From the NCBI GenBank assembly GCA_963693365.1, contig CAVNZM010000005.1, positions 3,120,202 to 3,184,201 on the forward strand: a stretch of DNA of 64,000 nucleotides, given 5' to 3'. The translations under genes and the position numbers were made by a program. How positions within the stretch are numbered: the first letter of the stretch is position 1; each line of letters begins with the position of its first letter. This document shows positions 27,225-63,994 of this stretch, in pieces. The DNA is from Amoebidium appalachense. Taxonomy: Eukaryota > Protista > Ichthyosporea. Below the pieces are notes generated by a model. The model did not search any database and was not told the origin of the DNA. It was given only the letters and a program-made list of their open reading frames with translations.

Positions 27225-28678
27225 CGCAGGCCTCCCCCCAAACCTCCATATCGTGGTCTGGCCTCCCCCGACCCCACCGCCTTACGTAACCCCGGCCCCG
27301 CGCCAGCCAACCAAACGGCCCGGTTGTGGAAGAAGGCCGAATCTGCCGGGGGGCCCCCAAAGGTAGCCCTACGTGTCGTAACGAGAAACTCTGCCAAGGG
27401 GTATTTATGATTGGTCCAGATCGAATCCGGTTCGATCCGATTAGCCATATAAGGAAACTGCAAAAAACCGTTTTTACGAAAGGTAGCCCTACGTCTTTCG
27501 ACCCACAATGCACCTGTCAGGGATCCGATTCCGGCCCTGACCAATCTCAGCTTGAAGCGCCATCACCTCGCACTCAGATCAGTTGCCGCCAATAATTCAT
27601 GTTCACCAAGCTTCGAAAAATGATCCGACCATAATTCTATGAGGTGCCTAACATTGACAGCTCCTCTGAGCCGCAGTCCGCAATAAAAAAATTGTAAAAA
27701 GAAAGAACTTCTGCGACTTATCTTAACATACTATTTGTCAAAAAAACAACAAACAGTACTTCGACAAAGAGGAAACCTCCTACTCGTGTTCAAAGATATC
27801 CACACTCGAGTTTGACTGTTATGCAGTACTAACAAGAAAAAGGCTCGCTCCAGACAGCTTTCTTCTGAGTACCCTGCTCCACACCGCGCTGCGTCACAAA
27901 GTGATCGACGATATCGTGTTCACCCTTTTTATACCTCTCCACTAGCCGCTAAGACAAATACCGTGATTCCTACCCAACCATTTCATTCAAAAGGCCTACC
28001 AAATGGTATCGCACATTCCCACCCGCATTGGTTATGTTCAGGCTTATGCTCGCAACTGCATATTCACTAGTACCACAAGGAGGCTGTACAACTTTCTTCT
28101 GCTTTGCTCTGCTTCGCTTCGGCGGCATTATAAAAACTGAGCGTCAAATATCGTGTTGCTGCATTATATACTACCCCCAGATCTACGTTTATATATACCC
28201 GCCAAAAGGATTGAATGGTTTTTATCCAATCATAAAACTTCAAACCACTACCCAATGGTATCGCCCGGTTGTGCAAGCTACAGGTGTAATTAACGCTCAT
28301 TAGCTAACTTTCACAACCGGGCCCTCCGACTGGTTCACTATCACGGCTCACGAGGCCACTTCTGCAACTTCCACGACCGAAGAATCTGACTGGTTCCCTA
28401 CTGACGACGTCATTAGCGCAAGTTTCACAACCGCGCAGCCCGATTCGCCACATAAACCTCCCCAGACCCACGCCTTCCGTATCGTGCTCTACCTAGCGCC
28501 CGCCCCCGCCTGACCGCCTTACGTAAGGCTTACGTAAGGCCCTGCGCAGGCCTCCCCCCAAACCTCCATATCGTGGTCTGGCCTCCCCCGACCCCACCGC
28601 CTTACGTAACCCCGGCCCCGCGCCAGCCAACCAAACGGCCCGGTTGTGGAAGAAGGCCGAATCTGCCGGGGGGCCCCC
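27225..28678 (+). mobile_element. Element E second copy (27359-28678, 1320 bp) preceded head-to-tail by a 134-bp duplicate of its own end (27225-27358)
   Basis: 27225-27358 is identical to 28545-28678. The junction is GGGGGGCCCCC|AAAGGTAGCCC. The distal flank is |TACGTGTGCAC, the same target position as copy 1. Confidence 0.7.
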
Positions 28679-29053
28679 TACGTGTGCACGTACTGCTCAT
28701 GCGTACTGCTCATGCGTACCGTAGCGCTCATGAATGATGGTCAGTGACGTCACAGCGGCTGGCTCACGGTGGCTCAGCCGCGTGAGCCACCTTCTGATCA
28801 CGCAACCATGGTACGACCAATCAACGATCGTAACGATGGCGAGAAGAGGGGCAAAACAGAATCTGAGAAGCTAACATATAAGCTATGTTCACAGTGGAGA
28901 ACGGTGTCGTAGCACAGCACAAAAGCATCAATAAACCTGAAGAACAGAGATTTAAAAAATGTTTTTATCAATTAGCATATTGACCGATACTCCCTGATGA
29001 AAAATGTTTTTCTGTCACTGTTTCAGCCCCACCCATTGCTGTACGAAAGTCTT

Positions 29054-30082
29054 AGACAACAACCCCCTGCGACGGCTCCACCTTCATGGTGGCTCTAAAT
29101 CTGTAGGAGCCTCCCACCCCGTCCCAACCCCCAACCCCCACCCCCCACCCTCCTCCCTTTTTATCCTCGCCCACCCCCCTCCCCCGGGCTCCCCATAGCT
29201 CCCGCAGTTCCTAGTCCCCTTAAAGACATCCGACACGCACACACAGGTTTGAACACCTCTTTTGCTTCTTGTTCCTTCCTTGCTCGAGCTCACTCCCCTT
29301 CGCCTCCCTCTTCTCCCCCCCCCCCCCCCCCCCCCCGCCCTCCCTTTTCCCCCCTATCTTCCCCTTCTCCCCCCCCCCCCCCCCTTGATTTATCTCCCCC
29401 CCCCTCCCCCCCCCCCCCGGTCTCTCTTGGAGACTCTCACTCCCCCCCCCCCCCCCCCCCCCTCCCCTCTCATCTCTTTCTCTTTCTCTATATGTCACAC
29501 ACACACACTGTCTTCCATCTCTGTCTCCCTGTGTCTCATCCCCTTCTCTCTCTTTCGAGGCTCTCTCTCTGTGTGTTTTCTGACTTTTAGTTCCCACAGT
29601 TTTAAGGAGAGGTACGGCAAAATATTCAACCGTATCGAACACACACTGAACGCCGTTCAGAAGTGTACATCGGTACGCACATTCCATTGCCTATTACGGA
29701 CAGCCCCACACGATCGCCAGATCACAGCTGGTACGTGCCATGCTGTTTGTGTGGGTGGGTGGGTGGGTGGGTGGGTGGGTGGGGGGTCGGGGGGTGGGGG
29801 GGGGTGGGGGGTGGGGGGGGGTGGGTGGGTAGGCGGGCGGGCGGGCGGGCGGGCGGGCGGGTGGGTGGGTGGGTGGGTGGGTGGGTGGGTGGGTGGGTAA
29901 GTGGGTGTGGGTGTGGGTGTGGGTGTGTGATGGGTATGTGTATGTGCCAGTATGTGTGTGTGCGTGTGTGTGTGGGCCGGTCAGTGTGTGTATTTGAAAA
30001 GGCGGGTGTGTGTGTGTGGGGGGGGGGGGGGGGGGGGGGGGGGGGGAAGGCTCGTGCGGACGTCCGTAGGTGTGTGTGCCTG
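29054..30082. repeat. Dispersed ~1-kb repeat module, copy 2 (copy 1 at 15945-16888)
   Basis: Direct sequence match to copy 1. It is followed immediately by a module matching about 21961-22080. Confidence 0.9.
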
Positions 30083-30197
30083 GGATCCGGAGGGGGGGGG
30101 GGGGGGGGGGGGGAAGATACATGATGGGTGTGTGTTACACGGCGTGTGTGTGTCTGTGTGTTGTGTTTGTGTGTGCGCACGCGTGCACATGTGTGTG

Positions 30198-30283
<86 letters not shown>

Positions 30284-30289
30284 CTGTGT

Positions 30290-30780
30290 GTGTGCCCCCA
30301 AGACCCCTACTGCACAAATTGCCAGACAGCAGACACGGTCACTGCCCAGTGTAAGTGGCTCAAGTGGATTGGAGGGCAGCCTGGCCAACCAGACCCCGAG
30401 GACATCAAGTGGGTTACAAGGAGGTTCTGCCCGCGGTCCCTAGGGCCCCTGCTAACAGCCCTCGGCACCACAGAGCCCACGACACGAGTCATTTTAGGTA
30501 AAATTACAGTAGAATTGCCAACCTCTTTTTTCCCCTAAAATTTGGACGCCAGGCAACACGACCCTTCCACCCACACACCCCAAAATGCACAAACACAAAC
30601 ACCCAACACCAAACGTAAACAGAGAGGTAGAGCCCCACCGAAACCCAAACCACACACACACGCACCCCCAACACACACACAGCCAGCATGCCAAACCTGC
30701 AGACACCCCCACAGAACCAATCAACCATGTAACTAGACCACTACACCGTAGCCACCCTCTATGTAAAACACCATATTCTG
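30290..30780 (+). mobile_element. Degenerate 3' end of a non-LTR retrotransposon (L1/Tx1-like ORF2 Cys-finger region)
   Basis: Translates as CPQDPYCTNCQTADTVTAQCKW, resembling the CxxC...ET..H...C zinc-binding motif. A frameshifted KIWTPGN resembles the IWxxRN motif. Its tail (30733-30777) recurs at 21575-21619. Confidence 0.4.
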
Positions 30781-31513
30781 CTAAGCAGCAACCCACCACC
30801 ACCAGACCCCACCATCCATCCATCCCCCTGTAGGCACCACCCACACCACACCACACATTCCACCACTTTAGACGAACCAATGAGAGCCCGGTTTTGAGTT
30901 TGTTCGTAGGTCTTGAGTGGAGGGGAAGCCTGGTGCTACCCACCGGCATGGCTGGCCGGTGCATGCGCTGGGTGTGTGCAAATAGTTAGGATTGTTAAGG
31001 GTGTGTTAGCTTGGCCAATAATTGTTGTTTTGTGTGGGTAAACGGAGAAGCAGAGAGCACAGATGGGTGTTATGTTATACACAACACAGAGACACACGGG
31101 AGAAACACAACCGGAGAGGTGGAACGATTTTTGGAACCATAGGAAATGAATACGACTGCTTGATATTTATTCCAAGATGAAGTCTCTTTTATACTTGGGA
31201 ATGTGAAAACGATAAACCAATCAAAAGAACGAAAACTCTATTTTCCAATCAGAAAGACGAAAACTATGAGTGTAAAATATATCGATCAAAATGTCTGTCG
31301 ACACATTGAATATAAAACTCAATCCTCTAATGAAAGAAACTTCTAATAAAAGCACGGAAACATTTAACAAAATGAAACCACTTATGTAACTATTAGTTCA
31401 CAACATACATTTATACATGTTCTTATCATAACACGTCTAAATATAATTATTCCTAATAGTTGGAGAACATAGCACAATGCTACGTCGTGAGAAAGGAATG
31501 GGAAAGGAATGTA

Positions 31514-32620
31514 CAGTATGCGTCCGCGCGTAACATACGCCGCGCACAACATAACGTCGACGCCGATTTTCAAAAATCTTAACAGTACTGACCTCGGTCA
31601 TTTTTCGGGATTATGTTAGCGCACCAAGGGGTCCTATACATAGTAGGCCGAATTATCGGTTTATCTGGTCAGTTTAGACCCCCTATCTTTAGTATTTCGA
31701 TCTCTTTCCCAGACAAAACAGTGGTTCGCCGTGATTTCAACGACCGCCCAAAGCTCGGCAGGGCCAATGATAGGCGGCGGCCGCACATCGCATGGTATGC
31801 AAAGGACTCATGTGGCCGACTACGTCGATAAACGAGCAGAAACATACGAAGGCCCCAACTAGTTCGAAGCAGTCTTGTATAGCTAGTTTTTACATCCTGG
31901 TCATATAGGCAGGTTGAATGCATATTAAACCCACCGATCATGACCAAGCCAGTAGTCCAGGTGCAGGCAGCTGCACTTGGGGCGTTGAATAGTGCACTGC
32001 ACACAGTAAATGAGGCCACATGTACAGACAAGTTAAGTTTCAGGAAACTACCCAAGAAGCCCAAGCAATCATTTCTGAGGGTTTTGTAAACGCAAACAAC
32101 ACAATCAACAACGCAACCACACGTGCAATTGCACAAGCCGAAACGGCAAAAGCACAATTGCGCTCGCACATGGAGAGTTTAGAGAGCCGCAGAGCCCCCA
32201 CACGCGCGGAATCGTTGAGTCTTTTCCGTGTGAGTTACGGTAATGGTTTGGAGCTTGATGAAACCCTGAATACGGATTTGTATGAGGCGAAGGGGGAGGG
32301 GTTGCCTCTTACTCGTGTAGGTGTGTGGTGCCAAATTCGTGGTGTGAGAGTAAGGTGTGAGGGAGCAGAAAGACTAGTACGTCCTTGTTTGTATGAGTTG
32401 TTTTGTGTGTGTGTGTGTGTGTGTGTGTACATGTGTGTTTCTTTTTTGGTTTGGTCCCCTTGAAAAAAATTAGTATGTTTTTATTATTATTTGAATCAAT
32501 TACTTATTGATTTCCTCTATATTTACTTATTTAGCGGGTTGGGGAGGAGGGGAGGGGGGGGGAGGGGGGGGGGGGACTTGATGTACTAAATGCTATACTT
32601 TCAAGTATTGATTTAGATTT

Positions 32621-32691
<71 letters not shown>

Positions 32692-32946
32692 CACACACAC
32701 ACACATAGGCTTTCACGCTTTCAGCTTCTTCTTTTTTTTTTTTTTTTTCAAATTTTTTTCTTTCCGAATTTCCCTTTTATTTTTTTTCACCATCTCAAAA
32801 AGGAACTAGTTTAAGTATTCTTTGTTTATTCATTCATTTGATCAATTTATTATTTGTTTACTACTATTACTATGTCATTTAGCGGTTTGCGGATTCCCCG
32901 CCCGATGGAGAGGCCCAGTGTGGCCTCCTGGGCGGGCGGGAGGGCG

Positions 32947-32981
<35 letters not shown>

Positions 32982-33089
32982 AACATAATCGAGACGGGCT
33001 CTGGGAGCCTATTTTTAGATACTAATTAAAATTTAACATAACGACCTCGACCCTTGTCGGGGCGGTATGTTATGCGCGGACGCATACTG
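31514..33089. mobile_element. Non-autonomous Tc1/mariner-superfamily (pogo/Tigger-like) DNA transposon, 1576 bp
   Basis: 25-bp TIRs CAGTATGCGTCCGCGC(G/A)TAACATAC with one mismatch, flanked by TA on both sides (31512-13 and 33090-91). Subterminal AACATAA motifs. No transposase ORF. Confidence 0.85.
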
Positions 33090-34118
33090 TATTGAGGAGG
33101 CCGTCGGTGCGCTAGACAGCGCGCCCAAGAAGCCGGGCGAGCACCTGCAGCCCCTGCTTGCTGAGTAATATTCCTGCACTCCCCGCCCCTCTACGTCTTG
33201 CGCATATGCTTCCCTCCGTCTGTCTCCGCCCCCTAGCTGGTTCCCGCAGATTTCCTTTCAAGCAACCTATTAGAGCGTCCGAGTTTTCCTGCAACACGAA
33301 AAACTACCCAGAAACAAGGCACCAACTTACTAACCTTGAATCTGCCTGTTGCCACGAAGCTTAAGCTAGGCGCGGATCAAATCTGGCCTGCAGTGCTCCT
33401 AGGCCTGGCACAGCAATTGCAACAATTCCGCGGCGGCATAGCCCGGCCAAGTATGCAATAATGAGGAGGTTTATTTAATTTGTAATAACATCTGACCGAG
33501 TCACGGTTTTACCTTAGATATTTATTATAACTTCTCAACTCCGGGCAACAAAATCTTAACGAATTGAGAACCGTGACCTCTATGTTGAAGCAACCCCGTA
33601 AGGCCTAGCCCCCGGGCCCTGCCGCACCTGCCCCCGGCCCCAGTCCCCCCCCCCCCCCCCCCCCTATGCAGGGGTTACAGCAAGCAAAGAAAAACACTGG
33701 GTACGAAAGAACAAAATTATAAATAAAAAACACTGCATCGGATCCGGTCCGAAAAGCTAGGTCAAGTATAGTTAGTGCCAAGGCCTCCTTTAAACAGTAC
33801 TATATTGCTGTTAAAGAAGGTGTGTGATAATTTTGTTCGATCACCTCAATAGGAGATACTGGTTCACAGCGCTTAGGAAACATCTAGTGTGTGTTAGCAA
33901 AGGCACCGTTGAATTATATACACACACCGTTCAGAATTAACTAGAGATTTTGATGCATAGCTGTAATTAAATGAAACATGAAGAAACCCATGTATGATGG
34001 TCTAACCGAAAGCTCATAGACTTGGGTCTGCTATAATATTGGCGGGCAATTGTGAAGAGGTTAACTTTCATGAAAGGAAAGTCGTGCAAAAACGGGGAGC
34101 TCGGGCCTTGGCTAGATC

Positions 34119-46702
<12,584 letters not shown>

Positions 46703-48239
46703 TTTTATATGGTTTGCTTAGCTCTTTGTTTCAACTGAAGGAATAAAACAAGTCCTTTCGGTGATGAAAAGTGTGTTGGGTCCTTGCTGTTTGGTTACTG
46801 AAGGACCTGACGATTTCTTGAGAAACCCGCACAGGTTAACGTGTTGATGCCTCTATTAGCACACTAATACTTATAGTCAACTAAGAGAAACAGCCTCAGC
46901 TGACGCTTTTAATGAGAATTGTGGAATCGGAACCAGCTTGTATCTCAACATGAAAAAAACACCTCCGAACTGTTATGTTGAAAGTATTGGTTTGAAACTG
47001 CGCAAACTTTGGTGTACTATCGCCCGGGGCGGTGCGTCGGGTAACCAATGAGAAGAAGCCTGTTGCGAGCGCGGCAAATTGACTTCAAATTAAGAGCTTC
47101 GATTGGAATCAAGCATTCAAAGTGACGCAACTTCTCATATTTTCATTTTGGCTGGCAACGGAGTTAATCCAGCTATTAGCTATACAATAATAAGTATAAT
47201 GGTAAGATATGACCGAGTGAGCTTCACATTGGAGAAAATTTACCATGTTTATTTCGCAGCTTACAAATAGTTAGATAAAATTCAATTGATATATTTGCAT
47301 GATTCTGCGGCCTGTGCAGGACACCAATCATCTTTACGCGCCACATTCAAATCAAGATCGCGATCCCGCAAGTGCAGTGCCCGGGGCTCCCAGTCCCTCC
47401 GGCAGCTCCCTCCGGCTGGGATGGCATGGGTCACGCGCGCTTCGGCGCTTGCACTAGTTTTATAAACAGTTTGAACGCGGGTGGAGGCTAGAATCTTGAG
47501 CTTCCGGGGGGGGGGGGGAGGAGGAGGGGGGAGGGGGGGGGAGGAAGGGGGGGGGGGGGGAGGGGAAGAAGGGGGGGGGGGGGGGGGAGGGGGGAGGGGG
47601 AGGGGGGGAGGGGGGGGGACATATCCCGGAGCTGGCGGGGAAGAAGGGGGAGGGTCGGTCTCTCGCAGGGTAAAAGCTTCGCCCGTTTCGCTGCAGTCAA
47701 AATTGTGCAGCGGAGTGCACGTGTGTGTCCTTATTTTGACTCTAAGTTACGTACCTCTGACACGGTCAGACCACCGGTACCGCAGAATTCAATTCTCGTG
47801 CACCATAGATGCATAATGACGGTTCGATCTGTAGTCACAATCCGAAATGATTGCAATATTGGTACCTGGTAGTTGCAACACGGACCGGGACCAGCTGAGA
47901 GACCAGCCGTAGCTGCAGCTTTTGATCGTGTGAACGAAGCTGTTCATGCGTGGGGTTCAATACTAGCTGGTTATTAGAATTATTAGACGTGTGGACAGTC
48001 TGGTTCATTTTGGTCCGCATACACACCAGTTGAGGAGGAACAAGTAGCTATACGTAGCTAATGGGTGAGAGGATATCGATCCGGAGTGTGTGGAATCTCG
48101 AAAATCATGCCCAGTACGCGTAGCATAGTATGTATGCATACGGATCCCCACTCTCGTGCACGTAAACGTACGTATACCGCTACCAAGAAGTCTATGTATA
48201 CATACGGTTGCCAAATGTTTTTTTACTTGGGTAGCTGAA

Positions 48240-48271
<32 letters not shown>

Positions 48272-49016
48272 GAGGGGGCGTGGGGTTAATTGATGTGCCA
48301 CCGTGACGGTACTTTTATTATTATTGACGACTCAGGTTGAGATTCGCTTACACGTTACTACGCAAACATAGGTACATAGTTATAGTATATGACACTTTCC
48401 GAGCACAGAACCACACACACGGACAACTAGACACTGGTTAATGTACCACACACACGTGTGGTCGCTATAATTCGGGGACCATTTACCCCATCCCCACTAC
48501 CACTGGCCGTGGGTCGCTTCATGCAGCACAAAAGAGGATTTTCTGAAGTGGATTACTACAGAGCGTCTTTAGACCGGACGCGTTCTGCTGTATGCTTCAA
48601 CTAACTTGTCATCACTTGCATCTACCAAACTGAATACAAGCTACACAGTGTCCCGTGTGTTTGTGCTTTGCAATATGTGCATTCGCCATTACTGTGGGCC
48701 ATTACCTTCGGCAACCCCACCGTAGGCTACATTCCTTTAAAACTCCCCTGCCTCCCTCCCTCCCCCCCCCCCCCCCCCCCCGTCTCCCCAAGGAAAAAAA
48801 AAAAAAAAAAGGGCAGTAGCGCGCTGCTGTCCGTACATGGTCCTCTATGTATCTTGACTATTAAATTTTCCTTTCACATCAGGCCCCCAGGTCATACACC
48901 ACAAACCAAATATAAAAACCGCCAATCATTTAGATCAATTCGTTCTGCTTTTCCTTTCTCTCGATCAACATAGAGAACAGGCGAAGGTGAAGGGGTAAGA
49001 CAAAAAAAAAAAAAAA

Positions 49017-49049
<33 letters not shown>

Positions 49050-49151
49050 GAAGGCCGTATCCAGTTCTAGAAAGCCGCCAGTATGCCACGATTTCGTATA
49101 CCCTTGGGTAAGACCAACCAATCCGTTGGATGCAACGGTTGCCATCTATGG

Positions 49152-60553
<11,402 letters not shown>

Positions 60554-61014
60554 TTTATCCCTGCCCGGCCACTGGTTAGTTAACTTTCTGTATGCTATAC
60601 TTATGTGAATACTTTCAACATGTAACAACAAACAAAGGTGCCCACTCACTGGCAGTGTGAGTATGTGGGCCCCCGGCGGCGGGCGCAGGAAGGGGGGGGG
60701 GGAGGGGGGGGGGGGGCTCTGGAGGTGGAATGGGAGGGTTAGTGTTTGGGTTTGCATTTGTTGTTTGCATTTGTCTCACACTTTTTCCTTCTTTTATTAT
60801 TTGAAAGACTTGTATCGTAATTTTCATTTTTGGGGTCCCGGGTGTGGAGAGAAGTATATTGCATGCCGTGGAAAGTATAGATGGCGTGAGTGAACTCTTC
60901 ACATCCGCAAGGAACATAAACATGCACATGGTTAAGAGTTGTGCTCTCCTGTGTGTCTCTGTGCGCTGTGTGCACGCCCGCGCACGTGCGTGTGTGCATA
61001 TGTGTTTGTGTGTT

Positions 61015-61051
<37 letters not shown>

Positions 61052-61676
61052 TGTGTTTGTGTGTGTGTGTATATATGTGTCCGTGTGTTTGTGAGCTCCC
61101 GTGTTTCTGTAGTGTTGTATGACCAGTGGGTACCCTGTCACGAGCATGCCCATACACACACTTGTGCATTGTGTGGCCTTCGACTTTGTTATCTTAAGTG
61201 GTAATGCATTAACTTGTGTATGTACAGGCACGTGGCTCACTGACACATGTCACGTTCGTGCATAGCGTTATGGTTGCGTGGGAATTTTTTATGTTTAAAC
61301 AGGTGTGTTCTGCAAGTGTGTTCCACCATCCCGGTTTTTATGCAGGAGTTGCACAGCGTGCACGTGGATGCAGGCATGCCTGCGTTATGGTGTGTGTTTG
61401 TGTGTGCACGTAACGCAGTTAGAGAGAGTGTGCCACGGTGTCCTAGTGTATGTGTGCACGTGTGCGTCTGGAATAGGCGAGTGTGGCACTGCACTTGTGT
61501 GCTTCCATGAGTCTTGCAGGTTAAAAAATATTACTCACGGTGCATTATTGATGCAGCTGTTTGCATCATTTCTTTATACCGTGACGTGGTTTTTCTCTTT
61601 CTTTCTTTCCCTTTTTTTTTTGGGGGGGGGGGGGTGGAGGTGGAAGGGGGGAGAATAAGAAAGATGGCCCCTAGAT

Positions 61677-61744
<68 letters not shown>

Positions 61745-63651
61745 CGTGTGTGCGTGTGTGCGTGTGTGCGTGCGCGCACGCGCGCGCGTGTGTGTGTGTG
61801 TGTTTGTGCGTTGAGGGTGAGGGGGATAGGGGGAGGGGGGGGGGGGGGGGGGGATTTTTTGTTTCTTTCCTTTTTTCCCCGAGGGGACAAGGGGGGAGGG
61901 GGCAGGGGGAGGGGGCGGGGGGGGGGGGGGGGGGGGGGAGGGGGGGGGGGGGAGGGGGGGGAGGGGGGGGTAAGGTGCTGTACAGAACGTCATCACCTGG
62001 AGATTTGCACAGTCAAGAATACAAACCCTCATCGGGAGTAGTAGAATGACATTGAACTACATAACACAGTCACAGCTGAGAGAGTGTGCGGGCCAGGGGC
62101 GGCAGCTGCCCTCCAGGGGGGGGGGGGGGGGGGGGGGATTGGGGAGGGGGGTTTGAATTTAATCCAATATAGAAAAATTGCTATCTGCCAGGAGCCCATC
62201 GCGAACTGACGCTAAAGTGCAATGGGCGAACGGTTCGTGTTAATTAATTATAGATATACCTGCCTGTGGGTGGAAGCAATTGTGTAATTGTCGCCTAAGT
62301 GGATGCGTGTGAGGTTTGAACGGCATGCCTGCTAGGAACGACACAGGCAACAGTACTTTTTGCCTGTGCATGAGTGTGAATGCGTATGATGGCATCTGCA
62401 CCATAACAATTGTGTGTGTGCCCCATTATAACCGTGATTGCATCACATGCATTCAAACTGATGCTGAGGACGACGTTAGGTTTGAGAAGCAAATCAACTC
62501 ACCTTATCTTCAGTGTTCCAAGGCTAGTCGTGTGTATACCGGCTTACTGATGGTTCCTCTTACACTTTTCGGTTCGATTGAATGGAGAAATGGACATGCA
62601 GTTATTGAACACCACTTACAGATGGCATTGAGATCCCGTCACAATTTCACAGAATACATAGCACATCAAATTGGATATTTGATGTACAATGCGAACTATC
62701 ATACCAACACAAAAAAAAATTATAGGCTCCCTGCTTGTTGTGTATGTGTGTTCCACTTGTTGTGGACACTATCAGCTGAACTGGGCTACTGTATATGTGC
62801 GTCGAGGATTGTCAAGGGGATCGGGTTCAATCGCGATGATTAACAATAATGCCTACTGCTGGATTGCCCTCTGATACTAAAGCGGCATTAGTAGAGATGA
62901 AAGGGCTGCTAGGAAATAAAAAGGGTAAAAATAATATTCTATAGAGATGTGCTTTCCCCCCCTTCTTCCCCGCGGAGGTCAAGCTTGCACATAGTCACCC
63001 CGAGCTTTGCTGTGGTTCAGCACTGCGCGGGCATGAGCTGCCGTGATAAAACAATGATAAATAGCTAAAAGTCTTATATGCTGTATATAAAAACTAATCG
63101 ATTGGCTCTGATACCTTTTTATATTTGTTCCAAACTCCGGTTCAGAGGCGGTGCTTCGTTTGGCAATCATCAAGCGGTGACTGCTTTTGCTGACGCACCA
63201 CGTACTGATTTGCTATACTATTTAGCAATTCAGTGTTACGTTTAACCACGGTCTAAATGGCAAAACTTAAAAGTTTTAAACTTTTAAACTCCTTAGCCAA
63301 TGAACCGGGTTTTGGGGGCAGCCTTTCCTCCAAAAAGCCGAGTTCGAACTTCAACTTTGAAGGTGTGCGCTGGTGTTTAGCCTACAACGCCTCCTCTATA
63401 TATAAGCATAGGAGGCCTTAGTAGCCTATAAGCAGTGTGTACCAGTCGAGAAAGGCTTGTGTGGCTGTGGTCGCCGATTCCGGCCATTTCGTACATGTGA
63501 TGGTTCAGAATTGGTCTGTAGGAAACTGACAACTACGCGTACGAGCTCGGGAGCTAAGGTGATAGGTTGGGAATACTGCATGCAATAAACATATTCGGTG
63601 CAAAACTCCACCGTTTCGAACACCCACGCTACAGACGTAGACCCCTCCTTC

Positions 63652-63716
<65 letters not shown>

Positions 63717-63955
63717 CCCCCCAACCCTCGCCCCCCACCCCTTCACCCCTACCCAACCTCACCCCACCTCCCCAAACCCACCAGCCAAATGGCACCCAAC
63801 TCTAGAAAGGTGCCCAACCGGCCTCCATCTCTAGAAGGGTGCCCAACCGGCCTTCACGAGTACTAATATGAGTATGTATAAACACACCCGCCGCCCAACT
63901 CCCTTTTGAGTCCGCCACCGGCCCCTCTCTTGGCCTGGTTCTAAACGCCTGACAA

Positions 63956-63994
<39 letters not shown>

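Larger units (their letters stand above)
25523..29044. repeat. 3.5-kb inverted repeat (palindrome): arms 25523-27217 and 27359-29044, 141-bp centre
   Basis: The arms are reverse complements; identical ORF translations appear on opposite strands (26268-26543 and 28028-28303). The inner ~1.3 kb differs only by a 6-bp indel, a 1-bp indel and a few SNPs, while the outer ~190 bp carry many substitutions. Confidence 0.95.

Noticed and set aside
27410-27445. GGTTCGATCC B-box-like motif suggesting a tRNA or SINE head
   Set aside because: There is no cloverleaf and no correctly spaced A-box; the motif is part of a local hairpin GATCGAA-TCCGG-TTCGATC.
26268-28303. 91-aa, 77-aa and 187-aa ORFs inside element E and across the palindrome centre
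   Set aside because: They are short, have no recognisable motifs, and are duplicated only because of the inverted repeat.
28395-29010. CTGACGA (about 28401) and CTGATGA (about 28994) as hammerhead cores
   Set aside because: Neither is followed by a stem II closed by GAAA.
62316-62843. 175-aa plus-strand ORF
   Set aside because: It has a non-ATG start, no motif, and overlaps the likely RhoGAP upstream region on the opposite strand.
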